Below, one piece after another: positions 27,137-35,919 of a stretch of DNA of 47,801 bases; the stretch's first letter is position 1; each line of letters starts with the position of its first letter. Both the position numbers and the translations under genes were made by a program. Origin of the DNA: an uncultured Oscillospiraceae bacterium (lineage in GTDB: Bacteria > Bacillota > Clostridia > Oscillospirales > Acutalibacteraceae); assembly GCA_905198295.1 (NCBI GenBank), contig CAJKBW010000010.1, positions 1-47,801 of the forward strand, given 5' to 3'. The notes beneath the pieces were generated by a model. The model did no database searches and had not been told where the DNA came from. It saw only the letters and a list, made by a program, of their open reading frames with translations.

Positions 27137-27320
27137 AAAACATCCTCCCCTGTACAATAAAAATGCGCGGGATTCTTCCCGCGCATTTAGTCTTTCCCGA
27201 AAAGGAATAACTATTCCCAAAAACAAACGATAGCCGGCCACACGTTTGCACGTCCGCCCCAACACGGCACGGTTTTTCCTGCCAAAACCACGCCGTACCG
27301 GAATCATGTCGGAAAACAAT

Positions 27321-29912
27321 TCACTTCCGGGAAACAATAATTGCCTGCCGGACCGCGGTCTGAACCGGGAAATCTATGCCGCCATTTTTAAAAGCGGTTT
27401 GTACGGCCTTTCCGTCCACCGTCACGCAAACCGCGCCGGAAAGATAGGGCAGCTCCAGCCGCTGTACAGCCAGCTGCCCTTCCTCAATCTGAATCACCGT
27501 TTTCTCCTGTGTAATTGACACACTGCCCCAGGCGCTGTCCACACTCCATAAGCAGCGGAAGGGTTCGTCGCGGGAATACAGCGGGGAAAACCCGATCATA
27601 CCGTGCGGAAGATCGAACCGGAATCCACTGTACAGAAGCAGCAGCGAATAACTGGCCATCGAACGGGCATAGTTGCTGCCGCATTCCACTTCATTCCACG
27701 GATTACGCTTTTTGCCGTCGTATCGTCCGCGTACCGCACGCACCAGCCGCAGCCCTTCCTCCTGCATGCCTTCGCTGATCAACAGCGCCGCCAGCTGGTA
27801 TTCAAAGCCGGTCATGCACTCCTGACAGTACGGCACCGGCACAGCCGGCTTTTTCACCTTATCCGGATAGTCGCAGATCACCGCTCCGGCTTCATCTCCC
27901 GTGCAGAATACACGGCAGGGATTGAAAAAGTCCCGCATGCAGGATTTATAATTATAATGATACAGGCTCTCCAATGCCTTTTTCCGCTTGTCTTCATCAA
28001 AAATGTCGTCAAGTCCGATAATGCGGGCGTGCCACTGTGCTGTCATCTGGTCAATGCTGCAGCCATGATCGATCTGGTATTTCATCTCGCCGCTTTCCTC
28101 GTTCCAGTAAGCGTTTACCGCATCCTGCCCATAGCGCTCCAGCATGGCTTTATCCCTAAGATCGACCTTCTGCTCAAAATATTTCCCATTGAAAAGTATT
28201 TCATTGCAGAAACGGCGGCCGTTTGCATACAGCCCGCGGTATTCCGCCGCAGCATCCGCTTCGCCGAGATAATCCGCCATTTCCGCCGCCGCATTCAGTG
28301 CCCCGAGATAAAAGCCCTCCAGCCAGGAGTTTGGCCCAAACAGCTCCATGTCCAATGTGTGATGCTGCCGGCCATCGATCACGCCATCCTTATCTGCATC
28401 CCAACGGTACGGATTCTGCGGATGCCAGGCATATTCCAGCGACTGCTTCACCCGCGGCCAGATCGACCTGAGCCAATCGTCATCACCGCACAGCTTCCAG
28501 TCGCGGTATACGCGCATGATTTCTCCCATCTGGCCGTCAACACAGGGATGAAACGGCAGTGGCTCCTTTCCCAGAGGAAGCAAAATCCGAAAAGACATCC
28601 GTCCGTTTTCCAAAAAGTCATACCGATAGCTTGCTGTATGCATCGAACGCTCCAGCCGGGGGAATAAAAAAGGCATGGCATAGGCGTAATTCCAGACATG
28701 GGTGCAGCTGCCCTCACAGCTGCCGCAATGCTCCGAAACGCCTTCAAAACCGTACAGCGTGCCATCCTCCAGACGCCAGACCGTCGGTGATTTGAGAACC
28801 GCCAAGTTGGCAGAAGCCGCGTCCAGTACCTCCGGCGGCAGCGTGGAGGAAAACAGCGTATCCGTAAAACGCCGTGTACGCCCGTACAGGCTATCCCACT
28901 GCTGGAGTCCCTGTATCGCCACCTCTGCCGAAGACGCATATTGTCCGGCATAATAGTTCTTCCAGCTTCCGCCGAGCGTTTGATCGGGTGCAGGGGCATA
29001 AATCGGTGCCCAGTCATACAGATTGTTGGGGAAATACCAAGCGATAATAAACCGGACCGTCCGTTTTTCTCCCGGTCCCGCGATAACTGCAGCCGTCAGG
29101 GTCGCCATATCCCGGTTGCCGGGCTGCCCGTATTTTCGCTCCGGCATGGGCACGGTGTCGGTAAATTCCTTCCAGAAAATGGTCGGCCCATCAAACCAGG
29201 CACCGCGGAACCAATATTCCTGAAGACGCACCTCGTCGCCGTCAGTGGCTGCCGTGATGCTGCCGTAACGCGGTTCCTCTTTGTCCAGAACATTCTGTTC
29301 CAGCGTTATATACGAAACACCATCCGACTGCCTGCCATTATTGATCGCCCCCTGCGAAAAACAATTGCCCGCCGACAGAGCTACCGTATAGGTGACCGGC
29401 GCCGCGGTCGGGTTTTCCAGTTCTATCTCAAAAAATGCCGCCGGCATACCGGAGGCATCCGCATCCAAAGGAATAAACGGATTAAAAGCGGTCATTGTTA
29501 CACTGCCGGGAAAATGGGGATCGGAAAAGACCAGCTCTGCAATCGGAAAGGTCCCCTTAAAACGGCAGTCTGAAAAATGCGGAAATCCCGCCATTGTTCC
29601 AAAATCCGCACCAAAACCATAGCCCGGGCACTGCCAATGACCGGCCCCGCCGCCATACTGTCCGGCCAGATCCTTTTCCAAATCTCCCGTCAGTACCCGC
29701 GCATCCAGCAGCCGGCCATCCTGTTCCGCTTTAACAGCGAAATGGCTCATGCCATTAAGTGAACCCTTATTCGGACGATTATAGATTTCCCAGTCTATCA
29801 ATCTGCCGTTGCCGCCCAGACCAATGCAGCCGGTTCCAATACCGCCCAGCGGAAAGGATATTTCCCGGGCCTGCTCACCTGCATAAATAAAATCCGGTTT
29901 TTCTGCACACAT
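27321..29912 (-). CDS. Glycoside hydrolase family 116 (GBA2-type beta-glucosidase / glucosylceramidase-like)
   Basis: N-terminal GH116_N (FPLGGIGTGCIGL), C-terminal (alpha/alpha)6 catalytic domain; 863 aa. Confidence 0.85.
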   Translation of the reverse strand: MCAEKPDFIYAGEQAREISFPLGGIGTGCIGLGGNGRLIDWEIYNRPNKGSLNGMSHFAVKAEQDGRLLDARVLTGDLEKDLAGQYGGGAGHWQCPGYGFGADFGTMAGFPHFSDCRFKGTFPIAELVFSDPHFPGSVTMTAFNPFIPLDADASGMPAAFFEIELENPTAAPVTYTVALSAGNCFSQGAINNGRQSDGVSYITLEQNVLDKEEPRYGSITAATDGDEVRLQEYWFRGAWFDGPTIFWKEFTDTVPMPERKYGQPGNRDMATLTAAVIAGPGEKRTVRFIIAWYFPNNLYDWAPIYAPAPDQTLGGSWKNYYAGQYASSAEVAIQGLQQWDSLYGRTRRFTDTLFSSTLPPEVLDAASANLAVLKSPTVWRLEDGTLYGFEGVSEHCGSCEGSCTHVWNYAYAMPFLFPRLERSMHTASYRYDFLENGRMSFRILLPLGKEPLPFHPCVDGQMGEIMRVYRDWKLCGDDDWLRSIWPRVKQSLEYAWHPQNPYRWDADKDGVIDGRQHHTLDMELFGPNSWLEGFYLGALNAAAEMADYLGEADAAAEYRGLYANGRRFCNEILFNGKYFEQKVDLRDKAMLERYGQDAVNAYWNEESGEMKYQIDHGCSIDQMTAQWHARIIGLDDIFDEDKRKKALESLYHYNYKSCMRDFFNPCRVFCTGDEAGAVICDYPDKVKKPAVPVPYCQECMTGFEYQLAALLISEGMQEEGLRLVRAVRGRYDGKKRNPWNEVECGSNYARSMASYSLLLLYSGFRFDLPHGMIGFSPLYSRDEPFRCLWSVDSAWGSVSITQEKTVIQIEEGQLAVQRLELPYLSGAVCVTVDGKAVQTAFKNGGIDFPVQTAVRQAIIVSRK

Positions 29913-30024
29913 ATCCTGTTACCACCTAATCGCTATATTCTGCATGGATGAAACAAGTATAACAGGAAAAAGGCAGCAGAGCCAGGCAGATTTATGCTGT
30001 ATCACCTGCACATCTTGCTAAAAT

Positions 30025-30444
30025 TCACGCGCAGCGGCTGCGGCGTACCACTTCCAGATCCACCACGCGGCGGCATACGGCAGGCACGGACTGCGTATTC
30101 TGCGGATCACGCATCGTCTGCTGCATAGCGGCCATCTGCGCCGCACGCTCAGCTGCGGCCTTTTTCTGTGCGCTGCGCGCTGCACGCCGTGCGGCAACCG
30201 TATCCTTGTGCATAGCTCCGGCACAGCACAGCAGCACCGTCAGCCGCAGAATCACCAGCATTATAGCGATCACTGGATAAGTCCCGAATGGAACAGTTCC
30301 GGCACACAGCATATCCACAGCGCAAAAACCAAGCGGCACCAGCGCAACGCGGCGTGTCTGCGCAAAATGTGCCTTATTGATCATATACAAAAAGGTGGCT
30401 CCCATCATAAGAATACTAATCAGGCTCTCCCACATATCCATCAC
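30025..30444 (-). CDS. Hypothetical membrane protein (3 TM helices + Ala/Arg-rich C-terminal tail)
   Basis: Hydrophobic segments; no family recognised. Confidence 0.4.
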   Translation of the reverse strand: MMDMWESLISILMMGATFLYMINKAHFAQTRRVALVPLGFCAVDMLCAGTVPFGTYPVIAIMLVILRLTVLLCCAGAMHKDTVAARRAARSAQKKAAAERAAQMAAMQQTMRDPQNTQSVPAVCRRVVDLEVVRRSRCA

Positions 30445-30590
30445 CCTATCGTTAACATTCGGCAGCAGAACCGCCGTTCACCTGCGCGGCCAAAGCAGAA
30501 CGCTTGTTCCGAACAAATGTTTACAACGTCATTATATCATCGCTTTTGGAAAATGCAAGAGGTTTGCCGAAAAAATGTTCGATATTTTTT

Positions 30591-30625
30591 AAGCCCTTCT
30601 GTTTTGCAGGCAAACAGAAGGGCTT
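30591..30625. terminator. Rho-independent terminator downstream of spo0A (AAGCCCTTCTGTTT-tgcaggc-AAACAGAAGGGCTT)
   Basis: Perfect 14-bp stem, A/T runs both sides. Confidence 0.65.
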
Positions 30626-30629
30626 TGTG

Positions 30630-31412
30630 TCAGGATATTTTCAGCTGCAGCCGGAATTTGTCCGAAATCATGGCAATAAATTCGGAGTTTGTCGGTTTGC
30701 CGCGGCCATTATGGATGGTATAACCGAAATACGAATTCAAAACATCCACATCCCCGCGGTCCCATGCAACTTCGATCGCATGGCGGATCGCGCGCTCGAC
30801 ACGGGACGAGGTGGTATTGTGCTTTTTAGCAACGGCCGGATACAGTCTTTTGGTTACAGCATTGATAATATCGTCGTCATCGATCGCCATAAGAATGGCG
30901 TCGCGCAGATATTGATACCCCTTAATATGGGCAGGCACACCGATTTGATGGATAATTTCCGTCACTTTGATTTCCAGCGAACTGCCGGCCGTGCTGACCT
31001 GTGCCGGAGCAGAACGCTTCACCGGCTCTGAAGAGGTCTTGCCGCAGATGGCAAGAATCCGTTCCGACATGGCTTCCGCATCGAAAGGCTTGAGAAAATA
31101 GTAATCGGCTCCCGCCAGCAGCACTTCCCTCTCCAAATTCGGATTGTCATAGCCGGACATGACCATCGTGCGCGGTGCCGGAGATAAACGCATAGCTTTG
31201 ATTCCTTTAATCACGCCAATCGCATCGACATGCGGCATAAAGAAATCCATTATTACAACATCCGGATGGGATTTTGAAACCTCGTCCAAAACCCGCTGTC
31301 CGTCTTTTTCTACCATTTGTGTCTCGATGCCATACATATGCATCACCGAAGAACACGGAACGCCAAAACTTTCGCTGTTATCCGCCAGCATAACCTTGAT
31401 TTTCTTCTCCAT
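30630..31412 (-). CDS. spo0A: Stage 0 sporulation protein A (response regulator receiver + Spo0A_C DNA-binding domain)
   Basis: Receiver D-D-K residues; C-terminal Spo0A-specific [15 protein letters not shown]...[11 protein letters not shown] recognition helix; RBS AGAGAGG. Confidence 0.95.
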   Translation of the reverse strand: MEKKIKVMLADNSESFGVPCSSVMHMYGIETQMVEKDGQRVLDEVSKSHPDVVIMDFFMPHVDAIGVIKGIKAMRLSPAPRTMVMSGYDNPNLEREVLLAGADYYFLKPFDAEAMSERILAICGKTSSEPVKRSAPAQVSTAGSSLEIKVTEIIHQIGVPAHIKGYQYLRDAILMAIDDDDIINAVTKRLYPAVAKKHNTTSSRVERAIRHAIEVAWDRGDVDVLNSYFGYTIHNGRGKPTNSEFIAMISDKFRLQLKIS

Positions 31413-31539
31413 TTTTCCCAAACCTCTCTTTTGCTATTTTTTGGCAGTTCCAAGATTACCATATAATGGAATAAAATGCAATACCTTGGCAATAGTTTTT
31501 TTGGAATTTGGGAGAAAATATTTTCAGGCAGAAGAAAAA

Positions 31540-31590
31540 CAGCGAATTGCGAAATTCATACGATAAATTTCGTGCCGTTTCGCAGAGAAA
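31540..31590 (-). promoter_or_regulatory. Cluster of 0A-box-like motifs (TGCGAAA / CACGAAA / TTTCGCA on the coding strand) upstream of spo0A; candidate autoregulatory region
   Basis: Resemble B. subtilis 0A box TGTCGAA/TTCGACA with 1-2 mismatches; position in spo0A upstream region. Confidence 0.3.
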
Positions 31591-31617
31591 TCGGCCTCTT
31601 TTGTAAAATCATAAGAT

Positions 31618-32844
31618 TTACGCAGCGTTTTCCTGTTTGACAGTCTCACAGGTTTTCAGCATGTTTTCCGCAAAAATCGCAAACCCTTTTGTGGGATCAT
31701 TTACAAACACATGCGTAACCGCACCGATAAGCTTTCCATCCTGCAGAATCGGTGATCCGCTCATACCCTGTACGATCCCGCCGGCCTGTTCCAGCAAATC
31801 GGGATCGGTTATTTCAATGACCATATTGCGTGTCGGCGAGCTGTCATTGTACCTCACCTGATCAATCCGGATATCATAGAGCTTTGGGGTTACGCCATCC
31901 AGCGTTGTCAGCACTTGAGCGTCGCCGGTTTTCACCTGCTGCTTCATCGCCACCGGCACCGGATCACCATTTACCGGAATCTGGCTGAGGGTTCCGTATA
32001 TGCCGGTTTCTCCGTTGACCGTCAGCCTGCCGAGCGTGCCGCTTTCAAATCCTCCCCGCAGTTCACCGGGTTCCCCGCTTTGTCCGCGCACAATGCTGTA
32101 AATGCGTGCCGGAACAATCTCTCCTGCCGCCAGCGGCAGTGTTTCACCGGTATCCACATCACAGACCGCATGTCCGAGTCCGGCAAAAACATTGTATCCG
32201 GGCCGATAAAAGGTGAGAGTACCGATGCCGGCAGAACTGTCGCGCACCCACAGACCGGCCTTCCATCGATTTTCATTGACTGACTTGGCCGGTGTAAACT
32301 GAACATCAAAGGCAATATTGTCCCGTCGGATATGAAAGGTCATGGCTTTTCCTTCGGACACTTCGACCAGCTTAGCCACCTGATCGGTGCTCGTCACCGT
32401 AGTACCGTCGATACTGACGATCACATCCCCGGTTTTTATTCCCGCGGACTTCGCCGGATTGAAGGCACCTGCTGCGGTATCCACATCGGACATGCCCACA
32501 ACGAGAACACCATCGGTAAACATTTTGATACCAAATGGCGTACCGCAGGGGATAACCATTTCCTGTTCCACCACGCGGACCGTCACCTGCTTGACTGGGA
32601 ACAGACCGAAAAGCTTGAGATTTGCCGTATAGGTACTGCCGGCATTGAGTGCCGCCACCTCGAGCGATTCCCCGTTGCTGCCCATCGTTTCCTGTACCGA
32701 AACCGCCCCATCCAGATGCAGAGAAGAGCCTTCCACCACGCTGAACTGTTCCGGCATCTGGCCCGACAGCACCGTAACCGCGGTCATCAGCAGGCCGCAG
32801 ACAGCGGTCAGCGCTGCGCTCAGGCTTTTTATCATTTTTTTCAT
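31618..32844 (-). CDS. spoIVB: SpoIVB peptidase (S55; PDZ + serine protease), sporulation signalling protease; ATG 32844
   Basis: Signal peptide, PDZ (GIKTGDVIVSIDG), catalytic SGSPI motif, conserved spoIVB-spo0A adjacency. Confidence 0.9.
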   Translation of the reverse strand: MKKMIKSLSAALTAVCGLLMTAVTVLSGQMPEQFSVVEGSSLHLDGAVSVQETMGSNGESLEVAALNAGSTYTANLKLFGLFPVKQVTVRVVEQEMVIPCGTPFGIKMFTDGVLVVGMSDVDTAAGAFNPAKSAGIKTGDVIVSIDGTTVTSTDQVAKLVEVSEGKAMTFHIRRDNIAFDVQFTPAKSVNENRWKAGLWVRDSSAGIGTLTFYRPGYNVFAGLGHAVCDVDTGETLPLAAGEIVPARIYSIVRGQSGEPGELRGGFESGTLGRLTVNGETGIYGTLSQIPVNGDPVPVAMKQQVKTGDAQVLTTLDGVTPKLYDIRIDQVRYNDSSPTRNMVIEITDPDLLEQAGGIVQGMSGSPILQDGKLIGAVTHVFVNDPTKGFAIFAENMLKTCETVKQENAA

Positions 32845-33099
32845 ATTTTCATCCCTTTCGCCAGAAAAGAACATTCCTCCGCTTAATCGGAGGATGCTAT
32901 TACTCTTTCCCCGGCGGCACAAACTATTTACCCAGTATTTTTTTCGGCGTATTACTTTTTGGCTGCGCTGGAAAGCAGCGCCTTACCTGTTTTTTTAAGA
33001 AAACCCTTGTCCTGAAAACAAAAATATGGTAATCTGATTGCACATCCGCCGCGGCCAACGCGCCGGAAGTCTACTGACGAAAGGGTTCGTTATCCAATT

Positions 33100-33525
33100 A
33101 TGGGCGTTGTGAAAGGCATGCTGGAAGTCACCCTGTCGCTGAATAAATCGACATGTTATTTTATGAAAACCGGAAAATGCTCGCTGAACGTCGTCGCTGA
33201 CTATGCTGTATCCGGCTTTACCAAAACCGCGCCGAACGACCTGCTGTACTGCCCGCGGCTTTACCGCGCGATGCGCAGCGGCGAGAGGATGAAACCAATC
33301 CTGATCATCCCCTGCGAATGCGGGCACGCCGAGGTGGTGTCTGGAAATCAGCGGGCCTGCATCGCCGGGCAGAAAGGGTTGGAGCTGGCCATGGAAGCCG
33401 CGGATCCGGATGTTTCCAAGGAATCATGCTGCGTATGCGGCGGACAGATTACTTTTGAAAAAAACAGCGGCGGCAACCGCATTGTCGCGGTGAAAGCCGT
33501 CATCCAGAAGGAAAAAGATGAATAA
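33100..33525 (+). CDS. Hypothetical Cys-rich protein (CEC...C, CCVCGG motifs)
   Basis: Intact ORF, weak RBS; putative metal-binding cysteines; family unknown. Confidence 0.4.
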   Translation: MGVVKGMLEVTLSLNKSTCYFMKTGKCSLNVVADYAVSGFTKTAPNDLLYCPRLYRAMRSGERMKPILIIPCECGHAEVVSGNQRACIAGQKGLELAMEAADPDVSKESCCVCGGQITFEKNSGGNRIVAVKAVIQKEKDE

Positions 33526-33713
33526 ATCTCCCCCGCGTACCGGATGTGCGCGGGGCTTTTTTGATCTTGCCGGTTTCCGAGCCTTGTTCAGGATTGCCAT
33601 CTATTGCCCCGAAACGGCATTTTTTCTCGTATAAGCTTCGGCTGGAAAACCGGTAAGGAATGGTATAAAATAAAGAAAACAGCTTCAAAAAACAAGCGGG
33701 AACGGGATGAACG

Positions 33714-34433
33714 ATGAACAAGCAGGGAGACGATCGTCTTTTTCTGGAGTGTGAGCGGTGGCGCGTTTTCGCGGTGCTGATGGTCGCGGCCGGATTTCTG
33801 GGGGCCTTCACCTACACGCTGCGCGGCGGCGTATTCTGTAATGCGCAGACCGGTAACTTTCTGCTCATGGCGATTGAGCTGGCCGACGGCAACTTACGGC
33901 GCGCCGCCTATTACCTCATCCCCATCGCCGCCTATTTCCTCGGCGCGGTGGTTTCCGAGTTGATGCCGATCGGGCTGCACCGTGTCGGCCGCATCCGCTG
34001 GGATACGCTGCTCGTGGGCATCGAAGCGGCGGTGCTGGCGCTGCTCGGCCTTCTGCCGGAGAGCGCGCCCTATCCCCTTTCCCAGGTGACCATCACCTTT
34101 TTGTGCTCCATGCAGTACAACACCTTCCGGCAGGCCAGAGGGGTGCCGATGGCCACCACCTTCTGTACCAACAACCTGCGGCAGGCCGCCATCCATCTTG
34201 TGCGCTGGCTGCGCAAAAAGGACGACGACAGCCGTTTCCGGCATTTCAGCTATCTGGGCATCCTGCTGATGTTCGTTCTGGGTGCAGCGGCCGGCACGGT
34301 GCTGTGCCGTTTGTTCGCAGGCCGTGCCGTTTGGGGCGCTGCTCTTCTTCTCCTGCTGCTGTTTGCCGACCTGCTGCACGCCGATCTGGTCCGGGAAAAA
34401 CACCTGATCGACCGCAAGCCGCGCGGGCATTGA
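33714..34433 (+). CDS. YoaK/DUF1275 (UPF0700) family inner-membrane protein
   Basis: 6-TM profile and conserved ...NAQTGNFLLMAIELADGN motif characteristic of DUF1275. Confidence 0.7.
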   Translation: MNKQGDDRLFLECERWRVFAVLMVAAGFLGAFTYTLRGGVFCNAQTGNFLLMAIELADGNLRRAAYYLIPIAAYFLGAVVSELMPIGLHRVGRIRWDTLLVGIEAAVLALLGLLPESAPYPLSQVTITFLCSMQYNTFRQARGVPMATTFCTNNLRQAAIHLVRWLRKKDDDSRFRHFSYLGILLMFVLGAAAGTVLCRLFAGRAVWGAALLLLLLFADLLHADLVREKHLIDRKPRGH

Positions 34434-34653
34434 TCGTGTCCCGCCCCCTTTATCTCCTTTTAAGAAAGCGCCTCCAAACCTAAGCCAGTCAAGTTTCCGC
34501 ATGTGCGGCACCGTGCTCTTTTTTCCGTTTCAGGCATAATCAGCTGGCTGTCCTGACTATGCTTTAAGAGAACGGGAACGAACCGGTGCCGTTTTTCGAA
34601 GCGGCACCTGCGCGTGTTTGCTCCTGTCCGGAAAAAGCAAGGAGGCGCCCGCC

Positions 34654-35520
34654 ATGTATTGCTGTCTGCGCATAAAAAAGACGGTCTGTCTGGTGCTGGC
34701 TTTCGTTGTGCTGCTCCTGCTGCCGGCGGCAGCACTGATGCGTTCGGCTGCCGCCGCATCCGAGCCTGCCGATACGGTCAGCCTGCCGATCATCATGTAT
34801 CACAGCCTGCTGAAGGATCCTGCGCGTCAGGGAAAATACATCGTATCCCCCGACGATTTTGAAAGCGACCTGCGCTATTTGCAGGAAAACGGCTACACCA
34901 CAGTAGTGATGCAGGATGTGATCGATTATGTCATAGATGGCAGACCGCTGCCCGAAAAGCCGATCGTTCTCACCTTCGATGATGGTCATTACAACAATTA
35001 TGTTTACGCCTTTCCGCTTCTGAAAGCTTACGACAGCCGCATCGTGATTTCTCCGGTGGGCGCTTATACCGATCAATACAGCGAAACCGGCGAACGCAAC
35101 GCGAATTACAGCTATCTGGTATGGGAGGATCTGCGCACAATGCAGGAATCCGGTTACGTCGAACTGCAGAACCACACCTATGCGATGCACAACAGCAAGG
35201 GCGGGCGCAAAGGCGCTGCGCGGCAGCGCGGCGAATCCCTTGAACAATACCGTCAGGCGCTGTCTGCAGATCTGACCCGTATGCAGGAACAGATGGCCGC
35301 CCACACCGGGTTTACACCGACCACCTTCACCTACCCCTTCGGCGCCGTCAGCCCGGAATCGGTGCCGATTCTCCGCGAACTGGGTTTTACCGCCACGCTG
35401 ACCTGCGAGTACCACGTCAACCAGCTGACCCATGATCCCGACTGCCTGTACGGGCTGGGCCGCTACCTGCGGCCCGCCGGTGTCGACTCCGCCGCCTTCT
35501 TCTCCGCTATTCTCAGCTAA
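34654..35520 (+). CDS. Polysaccharide deacetylase (NodB homology domain) with signal peptide
   Basis: TFDDGHYNNY (NodB motif 1), HTYAMH; AAGGAGG RBS 8 nt upstream. Confidence 0.85.
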   Translation: MYCCLRIKKTVCLVLAFVVLLLLPAAALMRSAAAASEPADTVSLPIIMYHSLLKDPARQGKYIVSPDDFESDLRYLQENGYTTVVMQDVIDYVIDGRPLPEKPIVLTFDDGHYNNYVYAFPLLKAYDSRIVISPVGAYTDQYSETGERNANYSYLVWEDLRTMQESGYVELQNHTYAMHNSKGGRKGAARQRGESLEQYRQALSADLTRMQEQMAAHTGFTPTTFTYPFGAVSPESVPILRELGFTATLTCEYHVNQLTHDPDCLYGLGRYLRPAGVDSAAFFSAILS

Positions 35521-35558
35521 TGCCTTGGTAGCGGCTGCATGCAGGAAAGCCCATAAAA

Positions 35559-35600
35559 CACGGCGCCGCAGCCGATCGGCTGCGGCGCCGTGCTTTTTTC
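35559..35600 (+). terminator. Strong rho-independent terminator (17-bp perfect GC-rich stem around GATC, then T6)
   Basis: CACGGCGCCGCAGCCGatcgGCTGCGGCGCCGTG + ctttttt, right after deacetylase stop. Confidence 0.7.
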
Positions 35601-35919
35601 CGACTCATCGAATCTCAGCCGTATACTCACCCTATAAACGCCCTGGCAGGCATCTGCCCGCCCGCGCCTGTGTCCGTTTCGGCGAAGCACTGCGTATTTT
35701 CTCATGCATCGGCCGGTCGCCGTATGGGCATGCCTGGCAGACTGCCGCGCCTTTTTCCACACATAAGCCGGTAAGTACCGGCAACACTATCTTATGCAGT
35801 CCTGTCCGGCGAAGTCCGTCATTTTACTGGAATTTTTCCCGTTCTTTTCCTTACGGCGATTGACAAACGCGCGGCAAACTGCCATACTGAAAAAAAGAAA
35901 ACGAAATGAGGGGTTAAGC

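Noticed and set aside
27159-27190. Hairpin AATGCGCGGGA-agaa-TCCCGCGCATT + T-run interpreted as a sigK promoter element for the coat gene
   Set aside because: It fits a rho-independent terminator for the GH116 gene much better. The CAT-N3-TA sigK-like match is weak and lacks a proper -35.
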